Notes: generated from the sequence alone by a model not told the origin. 62,088 bases of DNA, filler included, from 12 parts of 12 records of this genome joined end to end with filler, not necessarily neighbours in it; one strand, 5' to 3'; positions 37,101-50,106 are shown, counted from the first letter of the whole stretch. Numbers and translations: made by a program.

Positions 37101-38010
37101 CATCCTCGGCGACCACGTTTTGACGGTCGCGCCGGGTGACCAGGACAACATTGTTGCGTTGCACAGGCTCAATTTTGGGCGTGGGTCTGTGTAAATTCCC
37201 ACGCTTCACTAGCTCTTGCAGTTTCACCTCACCCTCTATTTCCAGCTCATAGCGATTAGCACGCTTGTCGTACTGAACCACCTTCGCGCGCTTTCCCTCT
37301 ACCAATTTACCCGTTGTTGAGGTCACTCCAGTCACGATCACAGTCTCACCTTTTGAGAGCCGAAAGTTCTCCAAGACTGCCGCATTCTTGAACCCAAGGC
37401 GATTCGCCCACGGCATTCCGTTGCTCAACACGACTGGACCGTGAATAACTGTGAATTTGACGTCTAGCTCTGCCTGACCATTCAGCTGTGGGCACTGGCC
37501 AAGCCGAAGTGGTGGCTTCTCGTAGGCCTGTTCTGCTTTAGTAGCGGGCCACAAGCGCCTACGGCTGGCGGCCTGAGACGCCCGGCTGGTCCGAGGGCTC
37601 TGCGGTGGGAACGGACCCGGTACAGAAGCGAGGATGTCTGCAACAGTTTGAGAGTGCTGTTCAATATCGCCACGCGCTGATTTTACGCTGGTTACTGCCG
37701 TGTGGCCGCCCAAACGCTTTATATGTGCCTGCGGAAGCGACGGTGGCTTGCGCCAACTCGGCTGCTGCACATACACTGCCGACAGCAGCGGAGTGGCGCT
37801 CTGCTCGACCGTTGAACTCGGGGTGCCAACTTCGACTGCCATGGTAGCAGTCTTCGGTCGGAGCGCGCCTCCAACGAATTCAAACTTCTCCGCGACGCGT
37901 TCAAATATAGCCACCTGTAGCGCGGGTAGCTCACGCACTAAGACCATCCCCAGCAACGCCTCGTTTTCGACCGAGACCTCCTCCGGCTCGGGCTCGGGCT
38001 CGGGCTCGGG
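34135..38010 (-). CDS. PH-like + GAF + MORN-repeat protein (partial at both ends)
   Basis: The whole contig is one open frame starting PEPEPEPEPEE. GAF: CCEHSTIYIVD..GVIGEAV..NLLCAPV..VLAVVQFVNK..F..ND. Many MORN repeats (YxGxWxxxxxHGxG). Confidence 0.85.
37981..38010 (-). repeat. Coding (Pro-Glu)n hexamer repeat at contig end
   Basis: (CCCGAG)4 CCG GAG on the minus strand, in frame with the GAF-MORN ORF. Confidence 0.95.
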
Positions 38011-38110
38011 NNNNNNNNNNNNNNNNNNNNNNNNNNNNNNNNNNNNNNNNNNNNTTAATTAATTAANNNNNNNNNNNNNNNNNNNNNNNNNNNNNNNNNN
38101 NNNNNNNNNN
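38011..38110. other. Artificial contig spacer 7
   Basis: Same 100-nt linker. Confidence 0.99.
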
Positions 38111-38260
38111 TTTCAACATCCGCGCGCGCGTGCAAAACCGCCCGTGCATGCAAGGTGGGCCCTGGCCGGATGGGGTGTGTCCGTTTAAAAAGGTAGGTGT
38201 GCACGCACCTGAGCGCGCGCCGGCGCCGGTCTGCTCGCGAGCAGGCGGGTTGACGTTGCA

Positions 38261-40118
38261 ATGGTGCAGCACGAATTCGATCTGCTCATCCGTGGCGGGT
38301 CTGTGATCGATGGCAGTGGAGCCCCTCGCCGCCGCCTCGACGTAGGTATCGTCGGTGGCCGCATCGCAGCGATCGGACCGACGCTGGACGTGGGCAATGC
38401 CGCGAAAGTGATCGAGGCGGAGGGCATGATCGTCGCCCCGGGCTTCATTGACGTGCATACGCACGACGATAATTCGCTGCTTGATACACCCGATATGGTC
38501 TACAAGACGTCGCAAGGCGTCACCACAGTGGTGGTGGGGAATTGTGGCATCTCGTTGGCCCCTTTCACCCGGCCGGCGGATGGTTCCCGCGACTCACAGG
38601 GAGAGGTGATCCCGCCTCTGAACCTGCTCGGTAGCAAGTTTGCTCACCCGACACTCGCCTCTCTTTTTGACGCGATAGACAAGGCCCCAGCTGCCGTCAA
38701 TGCTGTGGTGTTCTGCGGCCACACCACGCTGCGAATCGGCGTGATGGGTTCGGCCGCCATGGAGCGCACTGCCACCGCCAGTGAGCTGGAAGCAATGCAG
38801 GTCATGCTGCAGGAGGCCCTCGACGCCGGCGCCATCGGTCTATCCACTGGCTTGGCCTACGCCTCTGCTATTGAGGCCACAACAGAGGAGGTGATCGGGC
38901 TTGCGCGGCTACTGCAACCGGCAGGAGCGCTGTGTGAGCACCACCCCATGCTGGGCCACTCTCTACGCAAATACTGCGTGTCTAGGTGATACCACGTCAT
39001 GTTGCGTGCTACCCACCACCGTGGTACACCTGGCAGATACAACGCATCTGCGCAACGAGTCAGGCGAGATCTTTGAGGCAATGGACGGTGAGCAACGTCT
39101 TGTTGTCCTCTTCTTCAGTTCCTGACGCCTGCCTAGTCACAATGTCGAGTGCTTACCACTAGAGGCCTTCCGAGTGGGGAGAGAAGCTGGCGTGCCGGTC
39201 GTGCTCTCTCATCACAAAGTCACGGGCAAGGCTTTCTGGGGGACGACAGCCGAGACGCTGCGCCGCGTGGAGGCAGCTCGTGCCGTACAGCCCGTCGCTA
39301 TTGATGTCTATCCATGTGAGAGTGCGGCTGTCTAGTTTATGATGCGTTCGTGCCTTGCAACATTGCGCCTCCCTGACGGTGTGGAACCATCAGATGATGC
39401 CTCTTCGACGGTACTGAAACTGGATGCTGTCAACCGTGCGGAACGCGTGATCGTGACGTGGTCTGAGGCGATGCCTGAGGCTGCCGGACGAGACCTCTTC
39501 GAGCTTGCGCGGTCCCCTTGCTTTTGTTGCAGTGTGGAGGAGGCGGCAGCGAAGCTCCAGCCTGCCGGCGCAGTCTACTTTGCCATGGACGAGGACGGTA
39601 AGATAGCAATGCCTTTTTGATACGCTTTCTTGCGTGTCGCTGAAAGCTGAAAAGTGTCACCATCAGATGTTCGGCGGGTGATCTCGTATCCGCACGCCAT
39701 GATCGGCTCCGATGGGCTCCCGAACGACGAGGTTCCGCACCCACGACTGTGGGGGTCATTTCCACGGATCCTCGGTCGATACAGTAGGGAAGAGGCCCTG
39801 CTGACACTAGAGGATGCGGTGCGGAAGATGACCGCGTTACCAGCGGAGATCTTTGGGCTTGCGCCGGAGCGTGGCATATTAGAGGTGGGAGCAGTTGCAG
39901 ACATCGTAGTTTTTGCACCGGAGACGGTCGGTGACGCTGCAACTTTCGAGGAGCCGACCTTGCCTTCCACTGGGATAGAATCGGTGCTGGTGACGGGTGA
40001 AATAGTTTACACAGGGGGTTTGGGCTCGACGGGTGCACGACCGGGGCGGCTGCTGCGCCGCCAGTCTTTGCCCCGAGCGCCGATGGCCGACGCCGCGTTC
40101 GCCGGACCACATCTGTGA
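38261..40118 (+). CDS. N-acyl-D-amino-acid deacylase (D-aminoacylase, amidohydrolase family), 5 exons
   Basis: Motifs APGFIDVHTHDD, GVTTVVVGNCG, GLSTGL, YTTHLRNE, LSHHK, DVYPY, MIGSDG, HPRLWGSFPR. Introns 38934-39036, 39088-39162, 39316-39393 and 39598-39666. Confidence 0.92.
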
Positions 40119-40794
40119 GGCCGTTCAGGATTTCAATAACCTTAATTATTTGAGAATCATTGCCATGGCACGGTACGTGCAGAATTCTGTGGATCATGGC
40201 CAAAGCGTCTTGCGAAAGTGTGTGCATGCTCGGAGTCTTCTTCGTCGCCTGCTTGATGTTAGTCTGATCGTATGGGTTCGAGATAGTAATGTATGGAGAA
40301 CGAAGTCGAGTCTGCCGGATCTGCTCGCGGTAGCACAGTACTTCATTGGCGTAGTGCTCATGATTGTTCACACATTTCGGTGCATTACGCCCGAAACAGC
40401 CGTCTAAGGGGTGTACGAGCCCACTTGCTGCATGTATGTGACCAAGACGCGGAATCGTTTCTGCGTAAAAAGCCCTCTTGGCGCGGTCTGGATTCGCTGC
40501 ACATGGCGCAGCAAGCAGCAACCGCTGGTCGAGCCTTAGCGGGTTGGTTCGCCACAGCCGTGTTGCGCAGCAGCTTGCCGCACTGCAATGGAGCAATGGA
40601 GGTTGTGGCTGCGGCGGAAGCGGTGGCGGAGATGGTGGAGGGCTGCCCACCGCCCCAGGTGGTGTTTCCTCGCTTAGCGTAGATGCGTTTTGTGACTGCG
40701 AGCCCCTGCATTTCCCAGTGCATTTCCCGTACCATCCCGTGGCGAGATCATTCGGATATTCGGATATTCATCGTCGTTCTTGAAGGGTCATGTT

Positions 40795-43700
40795 AAATGC
40801 TATTCATCCGATCGCGACCCTGCGAGGTGACAGCAATGCTGCATAACTGCAAGTATGCATGTACGCGCGAAACACAACGAGCATGTGCCACAGATCAAAA
40901 GCTGGCGTGAGGACAGCTGCTGTCTGGCTCATACATCAGTAGTGGATTTGCGTGTAGTAGTCATACCAATATGTACACACCTTGAGAGCAACTATACACA
41001 CCAGGACAAGTGCGCCAATGCCCCAGAACTGCGGATGTAGAGGCACATAATTTACACACAGAAGGAGGAAGGGGATAAGGGTCAAGTGTCGACCTAAAGC
41101 ACACAATCATACCGAGCGCAAACCGAGCCATACCGAGCGCATGCCGACAACGATTGACCGCACCTGATGTCCTTCCAAGACAGAGAGAGTCTGCATGTGT
41201 GTATACACCTGAGTATACGCCATCTGCTCTGATTCTGTAGAAAGCGTGGCGTCAAGATCAACTAGAGATTTCTTGTCGGCAACAATCCGGGTGAACCACA
41301 GAAATTGCGGATTCAAGAGCCCTAGCATGTACGTGGCAAGAGTTTGCACGCTAATTGGTAGCGAATTATGCTTCAGGCGGAGTGGGTAAACCGATAGCAG
41401 GCGATACCGCAGCCCGAAGAGTGTCGTGTAAGTGCTCAGGGACATGTAAAGCAGCGTACTGGCCGAGGCAAACAACCGCCATGCCGATGATGCGTCGTTA
41501 TCTAGCAACACGAAGTAACCAAGCGGGGAAGCCCAACGACGGGTAGCGTGGGTTCCCAGAACACAGGAAAGAAATACTGCAAACGACGCAATCGAGGCTA
41601 GGCAGCCTAGTAGGCAGCGCCATGTACGCCATTGTGCGTAGCCAGACGGTGTGCGCGAATTGGCCCAGTCAAGTGCCAGCTCAATGTCCACAACATCTTC
41701 AGCCAGCTGATCCATTGAGTGCTTAGACTGCTCCAACGCCATTCGATGCTGCGCCAGCTCAGTATGCTTGTTCCATAGTAGCTGCGATCCCTTGTTGGCT
41801 GCATCGCGCTCTTTAGCCAACTCTCCCATAGCATCTTCCAATTGGCGCATGCGGGCCACATGTTCAGCTGCGGCTACCCGGGATGTTGGAGCTGGCTCCA
41901 ACTGCAGCTCCACCAGCTCTGCGTTCAGCTCCACATATTTCCTGTCCAGCTTTTCAATCTTGCTGAGGGCCGTGTTGTGCCGCGCATCTACGGCGGCCTC
42001 AAGTACCGACAGTCGCCCGAAGTCACAGCTGACCATGCGGAATCTTCCTGTTCCTCCTCCTGTGTCTGGTGTGACGTTACCACTCAGCGACTCTCCCAAC
42101 TGACGTGAAAACGACTGACGGCTCCGTGACGTCGAGGCACGAGCGGCAGGTGAAGGAGGACTTCTCTGCTGGCCCGACTCACAAGCCGTAATGTAGCGTG
42201 CAAGAGCAAACTCATCATACGTCAGCAGCGCCATCAGTGCACGATGAGGATCATCTCGTGAAAGCCGCAGTCGGATTGTCTCGGCTACTTCCCAGCAATT
42301 ATAGTAAAGTTCTGTTGACTGTCTCCATGCCTGTTGTTTTTCTACGAGCTGCTGCCCTAGCCACCGGTTGTGCTGGCCTAGGTTTCCAACGAACATGTGA
42401 TGAGGAATTGATACGAGGCCTGCGCCCATGCAGACTGTCTGAAGCATCATGTAGGTCGAGACAAGGACAACTTGCAGCAGATCCGCTAACAGCGATGCCT
42501 TCGCCGTCGTCTTCACCTCGCCAACGTACAGCAGCACACCTAATAGTGTGATGCCAGCCAAAACGGCGTAGATTTTCATCCACACTAACTTCGACACCGT
42601 CGCCTTTAAACGCGCTGAGTGTGTAAGGTAGCCTGAGACGTCAAACAAGATGTAAGTACCAAAACACCGGGATACTTACTGAGAAACCAGTTGCTTACCA
42701 GAGCTAAGGTAATAGACTACAAACGTAAACGCCACGCCAAGGAGCGAGGACAGCCAATACAGGGGCTTCCACACCAGCAGTAATGTCGAGGGTGTAACAC
42801 CAACGAGGCCCCCCGCAAGTGTGTCAGAACTGCTTGTGTTGCCGGCACTACTTGCGGCCTGATTGGTCGCAACATCGACCGACAGCAATACAAGCATGCC
42901 GCTGGTTATTAAAAATCCAAGGAATGTGGTCAGTGCTGTCAACCGCATGGCAAAGCCACGAATTGGCGGAAACACGAGCCAGGTGAACCATGCTGAAAAT
43001 CCAGCTGCGGAACAGAGCAGTAGCGCGAGCAGGTGTGGTCCGCCCGCACTGGCAACAACCGCAGTAGTACCTATTGTACCGGCGATCCCGCCGAGCGCAA
43101 GTAACCAACCACAAAGCTCGTGGCATAGCGACACGCAGCATCCATTGTTTGCTTCACGCTCGTTTCGACAAGCCTCCACAGCAGCCGCAGCCTCACTCAT
43201 GTCAACCACTACTTCCTCTGGAGAATCACCCGGGGGAGTCGCCATGATCGCATCTAGCTCCGCCTCTAGGTCTTCTCCCATCCCTCCATCCCTATCCGCG
43301 CCGTCTTCTTGGCACTGGTTGTCAGGAATGGATGCATGCTCGACAGTCCGACCGAGCAGTCGCGACGAAACACCTCTAACGAGATTTCCTATGCGCTTTT
43401 GACCGCGCTTGCTGTGTTTGGATAACCCACGCACCAGCTTCTGGCCGCTTGCAGCCTCCTCACTGACCCATCCGCACTGCTCAGCCTGTGGGTGCTGTCG
43501 GCCTACTGCTGTCGTTTCGTCCGCGCATTGACCTCCCTCAGCGTCAGATCTGGAGACGCTGACACGGTAGCGTAGCTTCCCTTCATGGTCTCGTGCAACA
43601 TCCATGACTTCCACGGTGTCTCCTGCGTGCAGTACCGCTTTGGGTGCACTACTTGTTGCCACCGCATCCTGCACTATGGCTGTGCTTACCACGCGTAGTC

Positions 43701-45409
43701 TGTTCCTACTAGAAGTAGAAGGGCCACCTCTGCTTTCAGTCTCAAGCACACTAGCAGGGGGCACCAGAGCTATCGTTTCGTTTGTTTCTGTGCCTATCAT
43801 GTCCCCACCATGCGTGTTGGTCGGCACTCCCGCAGCCGCGTCGCCCTCAGCAGCATCGCCATCTCCAACTGTACGTGCTGAGGCCGCGGCAGCTTCCGCA
43901 GCGGCATAAGCGACTGCATCACGCCGCGCAGCTAGCAGTTCCCGCTCCATTTCCTCGGCCAACTCTAAGTCGGCCACCACCTGCACATGAATACCACCGT
44001 GAATAGACAAAAATGAAAATCTGAGAGGCATTTGCTCAGGTACCTGCTGCAGGCCGCCCACCCAGTGGTGGAGAGCAGCCTCACCCTCGAGCCCGACCGA
44101 AAGCACGAACTCCCGGCCGCCACTCTGTACAATGAAAGCCATCGATGATACCGCAGAGTACTTCACCACTGTCTGGGAACTCAACACGAGCCAGTCGACT
44201 GGCCGCGTCTGCCCATAGTGATATGGGTGGTGGCGGCCTCCTTGGAGCACTGCCAGCGGTGGGTAGATACCTACTCAACGTCAAAATTTTGAGAGACAAA
44301 TAGAGGCAAATCCGCAGATTTTCAACGGGGCATGTTTGAAATTAGTGTTGCACTGAGTAGGTACACAGCGTTGTCTGACACAGCGCCGCCCATACGGGCT
44401 GTGGGCGCAGAAGCTCCACATCTGCCGCTGTAGACTTCTTGAGCAACGGTCCACAGAGCTCATCTGGCCGATATGCAGCCAACAGCACGGTCACTGGGTG
44501 TTAGAATCAGAAAGAGCTTTCGTGCAATGCTCCACAAAGGATGAGACTTTCACCTGGCAAGTCTGAAAACAGCGCCTCACGCAGTTCCCTCACGAGGTGC
44601 GCCTCCTCTGCTGAATCGACCGCCGGGCTGCCCGCGCCGATCGCCTTGCCATCGCGCGGAACATCGCTGCGGAAGAAACACACCCACGCTGAATGCGAGA
44701 GCCTGCGTAACGTCTACTGTGGAGATTACTCCTCAGTAGCTGGATGAGCAGACGTACCTTGATCCACCACCAGTAATCGCCGCTGTCAGCGCGGATGCCC
44801 AGCCTTCACATACTGTCCGATGACCCATCAGCTGGTAAGAAGAAACGTTTCCCTCAGCAGGCGTGCCAGCAGGGGCCACAAAGCGTATCACAGCCACATT
44901 TCCCGCTCTACGTATAATGCAGGATGATTCGGCAGAAGGGCCACGCGACCACACACATTTGCACACGGTCGCGTTTTCAGTGCCTATGGCATTCGCCGTA
45001 GCCTTGCGCAAAATGGGGGACGCACGTCCTTTCGCCAGCCTCCTCGGAGCCTTCCACCAGCTCTACGTGGCAGGCAGAGCACAGCGGCACGGCCAGAGCG
45101 GGACTGCCCCCCGCGCGGAAGTCCTCCTCGCTGTAGTACGCGCTGAGCACCGGCAAAACAGGGCGGCCACTCTCCCCGGCAGTCAGCTGCTGTATGTGCC
45201 CCGGCAGGCGGCCGAGCACCAGCCACACCATGCTATACGTTCGTCTGCTGCAAGACATACAAACGGACACAAAGTGTCGATATGTGGGGGGCAAACAGGC
45301 CTGAATAGATGGTGACAGACCTGTCGTCTGCCGAGGCCGAGGAGAGGAAGAGTCGGCCTTCGTAGAGGCTCTCCTGCCACCAGTCGCGACGATCGTCCAT
45401 CGCCGCCAT
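40795..45409 (-). CDS. Multi-exon PH-PH-SH3-like-LMBR1-like membrane protein (3' end approximate)
   Basis: ATG at 45409. Two PH-like segments ending CEGWASALTAAI and ALHHWVGGLQ. SH3-like LHAGDTVEV..RYRV..GWVSE. TM block LSVDV..WKPLYW..YYLSSG|YLT..RLK..GAGLVSIP plus a coiled-coil loop matches LMBR1/LMBRD2 topology. Confidence 0.65.
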
Positions 45410-45737
45410 CGAAGACAACCTAGAAGACCCGCCGGCACCCCCGGCAGCTCACTCTACAACTGTACATGAATATGGGAGAGGGGGTAAACTAGGCCAAACA
45501 CGCCACAATCGTCTATTGTGTTTTGTGTGAACAGCCGAGTTTTTGTGCTCAGCATGCCCGGGAGTGCTTTTCTTCTGCTCGCTCGCTGCTGAGGCGGTAT
45601 GGATGGAGCTCTCCCTGTCAAGTTGCTGCCATGCACGCCCCGGAGGCATGCGTACTAGTATGCACGCGCGCGCTGCTGCACGCGCGCGCGACGCGTCGGC
45701 ACACGGATCCACGTAGCGGGTAAGTATAACGTGATAT

Positions 45738-45837
45738 NNNNNNNNNNNNNNNNNNNNNNNNNNNNNNNNNNNNNNNNNNNNTTAATTAATTAANNNNNNN
45801 NNNNNNNNNNNNNNNNNNNNNNNNNNNNNNNNNNNNN
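45738..45837. other. Artificial contig spacer 8
   Basis: Same 100-nt linker. Confidence 0.99.
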
Positions 45838-46044
45838 CGCGGGAGCTGCCACCGCAGCGTGGCGTCGGGCCCGCGAGCACCGCGCGGTGGGGAGGGCTCG
45901 CGCGGCCCTTGAAGTTACGTTGCGCTGCGCCACGTCCGTTCATGCAGAGCTACACATAGTCGGAAGCCGAGGTCGATCCTCCGCGTGTACACTACTACTA
46001 GTAGTGTACGAGTTGACGTGCCTCGGACTGGCGCACGCGCTCGG

Positions 46045-49000
46045 ATGCCTCTCCAGGATTCCTTGCTCGGAGATGAGCTGGAATCACACGAGAACCGCGA
46101 CAGAAATGCTGAGTCTCGGCAAACAAACGGCACGCTGCGTCGCGCACCGTCGAACCGTCCGCGTAACAGAGCTGCGCGAATGGATCAAGACGAGCACGAG
46201 AGCAAGCGCTGCTGCTGGTGTATGCCACAGCGATGTTGCTCCATCTTCATCCCGCAACTCCTGCTGCGGTTGTTTCCACCTCTGCGGGTCTTCACGTTGA
46301 AGATCGGCACGCGGGATTGGAGTCAAACCCCTGCATGGTGCTGCATGCTCTTGGCTGGGGGGTTGCTGGATGTACTTTCGTTATTGCTGGCTTGGGTCCA
46401 AAATTTGGGCGATGGCCTCAGCACACTCAGTATCGTCGCAGCGGCAATTTGGACACCGTGCCTAGTCTGTGGCACATTACTCGTGCTGCTAGCGCTCTCA
46501 TATTCGCTGCGCAACCATTGCTGTTGCAAGAAGTGCCGCGATAAGCCGTGGAAAAGCAACTGGCCGAGGCCCTTTACGCAACTCGTTGAATTCGGTATGT
46601 ACTCAAGCGCCTTGTCGGCGCGTGAAAGCGAGACCAGTCTAAAGCCCCCTTGCTGTTGGACATGGCGTGTGTTAGGTGTTGAGGTGAACGTGCATCTTGG
46701 AGATCCCGAATCGAGCGTGCCCGGCGCCCTGGCCGATTCTGGACATGCGTCTAGCTTCAAGTTTAGGAACACGGGCACGCGTGAAAAATTCAAACCAGAT
46801 CTTAAAATCAGACCGCAACGCGGGCAGGAATTCCCCAGGTTTTGGAGTCAAGATTCCGCCAAGTGTATCTCTGACAAAGACGGTAGTGACAGAGAAATTC
46901 TCCCCACGTACGAGTGGGTGATGAAAGCCAACGATGACAATGGTTCGTGGACCCATACAAAGGAATGGCGTAAGACCGCCCCGAGCTGTGGGTGCGATGC
47001 TGGCGACTCAGTGCGGGAGACAATCCCTCGATTTCAGCTCGGCATAGATTCATCGCGTCGCGGGAAACGAGGCACAGGCATAGCTCCAGTCAAAAAAGAC
47101 GCCAACTATCCGCTTATGTTGCGGGTAGTCCATTGTCAGCACGGGTCTGACGCTAAAATGCTCCGGATTGGTGCGTTCATCAACCAACCTCAATTCTTAA
47201 CCCTGCCGGCACAGAGTCAGTCTTGCGATGTTTGGCGCTGGCATTTGCGCAGGATACTGCGTCATGTTTGAAGACGAACATGAGCTTGAGCACATCGACG
47301 TGTGTGGAACTTACGAACTAAAATACAGTTCAAAGCGGGGCGAAAAGTGTAAGTACGTCAAGGGAAGCTCAGGAAAGGGCATGCAATTGTGGCATTCCAA
47401 CCAATCAAGTCCAAAACAGGTCAGAAATGGAGCTATGGAAAGCGGCGATGGTTATTGGTTCATCTCGCGCCTTAGGTCGACTGGGGAAGAACTTCTTGAG
47501 CACGTGTACCAGAGTAAAGGCCGATATGAAGCGGGTCCTCCTACAGGCGGATGGAAGAAAGAATTTGAAGAATTTGACAGCGCTGACAGAAAAAGCTCCC
47601 TGACTGCTACAGGCATTCAGAAGTACCGCTTTGAAGTCACAACTGAGCGAAGACTAAATCTAAACCTTTCGATGGGAGGAATTCTGCCTGGTGTAGATGA
47701 TACCAACGTAGTCGAACTCCAATTGCTTAAGCTGGAGGCAATTGTATGGGGGACAATGCTCATGGCTGCAGTTTTCTTCGTTGTGTTTACATACGAAGAT
47801 AGCCTGAGGTTGCAAGAGAGGGACGACACGACATATCTTGAACGCTTACTGCCTCAAAATATTTCAATCGTGGATGCATACAGGGAGTATCTGGACGATC
47901 TGCGACGCGATGGTGTCGCTAGTAGTGAAATTAGGATGCCGATCATCATGTACTTGCTCGTTGCAATGGTTCAGGCTCATGAAGCAGCCAGCTTCAGCAC
48001 CAACGACAATCTACAAGAAATGCGCGATGATAAGTGGTATCGTAAGGTCTACCAAGCAGCACAGAGGCCTTCACGTGAAGGATCTCAGCGTCTCTTGGTT
48101 GTGAGCAGTTGTGTATGCATCGCCGGCCTCGTCGCCATGATCATCGGCTGGTACCTCTGTGGCATTGTCATGCTCTTGTTAGGTTGCCTGCTGACCCTCG
48201 GACTAGAAACAACCCGAATTCAGCTTCAGAGCTGCATGCTTTCCCTGGCAATGGGATGCGTCTGCAAACGGAAATCCGATCTTATCGGCGAGCTCAACAA
48301 TCAATTAGAACTAGTCATGGTCAGGTACGACGGGGACTTTCTTGATGCGCGTGACAGCCGCCGGAGAGATGAGCTACAGCAGACACTTGTGGAGGGAATC
48401 ACGTTCACAAAATTCCGTCGAAAAGAGTTCAAGGACTTTTTTCTCGCATATGGGCTAGACATCGAACCACTCATTGATGAGAAGATTGAGCAGCTACATG
48501 ACGACGAGACCAACGTCTTTCGGCTCGATGGCGATGAACCAATGATCGAGGTCGCAGCCGACACAGAGGATTCAATCCCCGAGGCCACACAAGCAGATGT
48601 GTGTTGTGTAAATAGCCGCGCGATATCAGATATGATCATCAAGCTTTCGCAAGCGCGTAGGCTTGTGCATGCCCGCAGCCGCTTTCGGATAATTCTGATC
48701 TTGTCTCTCCTTCATGGGATGATTCCCCTGGTACACGCAATGCTGCCTGCTCACTTGGGTGGTGGCTGTAATGAACACCAGGCTGAAGCCTCGGCCAGCT
48801 GGACAACGAGTGCACTAAGTCGCGCGACAGACTGCTACTTTTCTTCACGATCTAGTGTGGTTTTGCACTTTGTGTGTATGACCGCAAATTCGGCACTTGT
48901 CTTCAAGCTGCTTTCCCGACTTGCTCGTTGTGAACTTGACTATTATCAAAGATATTGGCACATGCTTTACTTTGTTCAAATGACACCGTGGTCAACGATT

Positions 49001-50106
49001 CGGGACGAAAAGCTTCGAGATCACTGGGGTTTGCTCCCGACGTTTGAACTCAACACCCCTGGAAATGTTGAAGCCTGGAACAAGATGAGGCTGTACTTGC
49101 AGTCGTACAAAATCAAGCAATCGAAGCACCTGCAGGTGTCTGTCGTATGGTGCTTCTTCGGTGTTTTCTGCCTATTCTTATACGAAATCCAGAAATTGAT
49201 CTTCATTCAGACTCCAAGTGCAGCAACACTCATGGTCAGTGGCACTGATACTACCGATTACGAGAAAGTCTGTTTCATGCTAACTTCTCCCGCCGCGTGT
49301 GGGCACGTGTATGAGAAGAGCACAAAGCAACCATGCATTTGGTACGATCCTGGCAAAACGTGCTTGCCGTCAAATTCCAGTCAACAGCAATGCCAAGGCT
49401 ACTGCAAAGTAAATCCCAATTGGTCGGATCTTAATGCCATACCCTGCACCGACAACCAGTGCTGCAGCAAGCGCAGCCGTGCTGGACACTTCAGTGACGA
49501 CCTCGACGGTGAATTTATCGCTGAGACTTCGTGCACGCGAAAACTGTCCAGTGGTTGGGAGAGCGGTTGTGAGTGGGTAGCCGAGGCGAAGAGCTGCCAG
49601 CTCAAGACTCAGCATTTCGACGTCGTTGCGATGTTTGCTCTGTGTGATACTCTGCTGTTTGGCATCGGACTGCTGATAACGATGTGGTCCGGAATGAAAA
49701 GCAACGAGATTAAGAAAGAGGGGTTTCCGTATATCGTTCGCATGAAGCTGAGTGAGCTATTGTCTAACTCGATGCATTTCGTTTCTGAACGCTGGCGCTG
49801 GTCCACGCCGGCTGACGCTCCTCGTGGCTGGCGAGAGTACGAGAAGGCGCTGGCACAAATAATTGAAAAGGCAATCATGGAACAAGAAGCACAGAAGGTC
49901 ACTCGTTTCACAGCAGAATTCAAAGCCATGAAATCAGAAAATGGCGTTATCAGTGAATCGCGGGTTCAGCCGCTGATCACCAGGCCACAACATATCGAAG
50001 GAGCCCTCAAGAAGTTTGCCGATAGTCGAAAACAAGACCGGCATCTTCGAGCATGTTTGCCTGCCGAGACTTCTGAGGCTGAGCCTGAGCCTGAGCCTGA
50101 GCCTGA
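46045..50106 (+). CDS. Large multi-TM protein with PHTF-like region, Cys-rich loop and WWE-like segment; 3'-truncated
   Basis: Two long ORFs joined by intron 47171-47252 (GTGCGT..GCAG). YYQRY..LPTFELNTPGNVEAWNKMRLYL resembles PHTF1/2 (VPHFRL..NIKMWLSLRSYL). RWRW..GWREY..QIIEKA is WWE-like. Ends in EPEPEP. The start is uncertain. Confidence 0.6.
50081..50106 (+). repeat. Coding (GAGCCT)n = (Glu-Pro)n repeat at contig end
   Basis: (GAGCCT)4 GA, in frame. Confidence 0.95.

Noticed and set aside
39430-40735. 406-aa minus-strand ORF and short ORFs between the D-aminoacylase and LMBR1-like genes
   Set aside because: Largely antisense to the D-aminoacylase, with no motif. I could not build a convincing spliced model, though a small gene at about 40165-40700 is not excluded.
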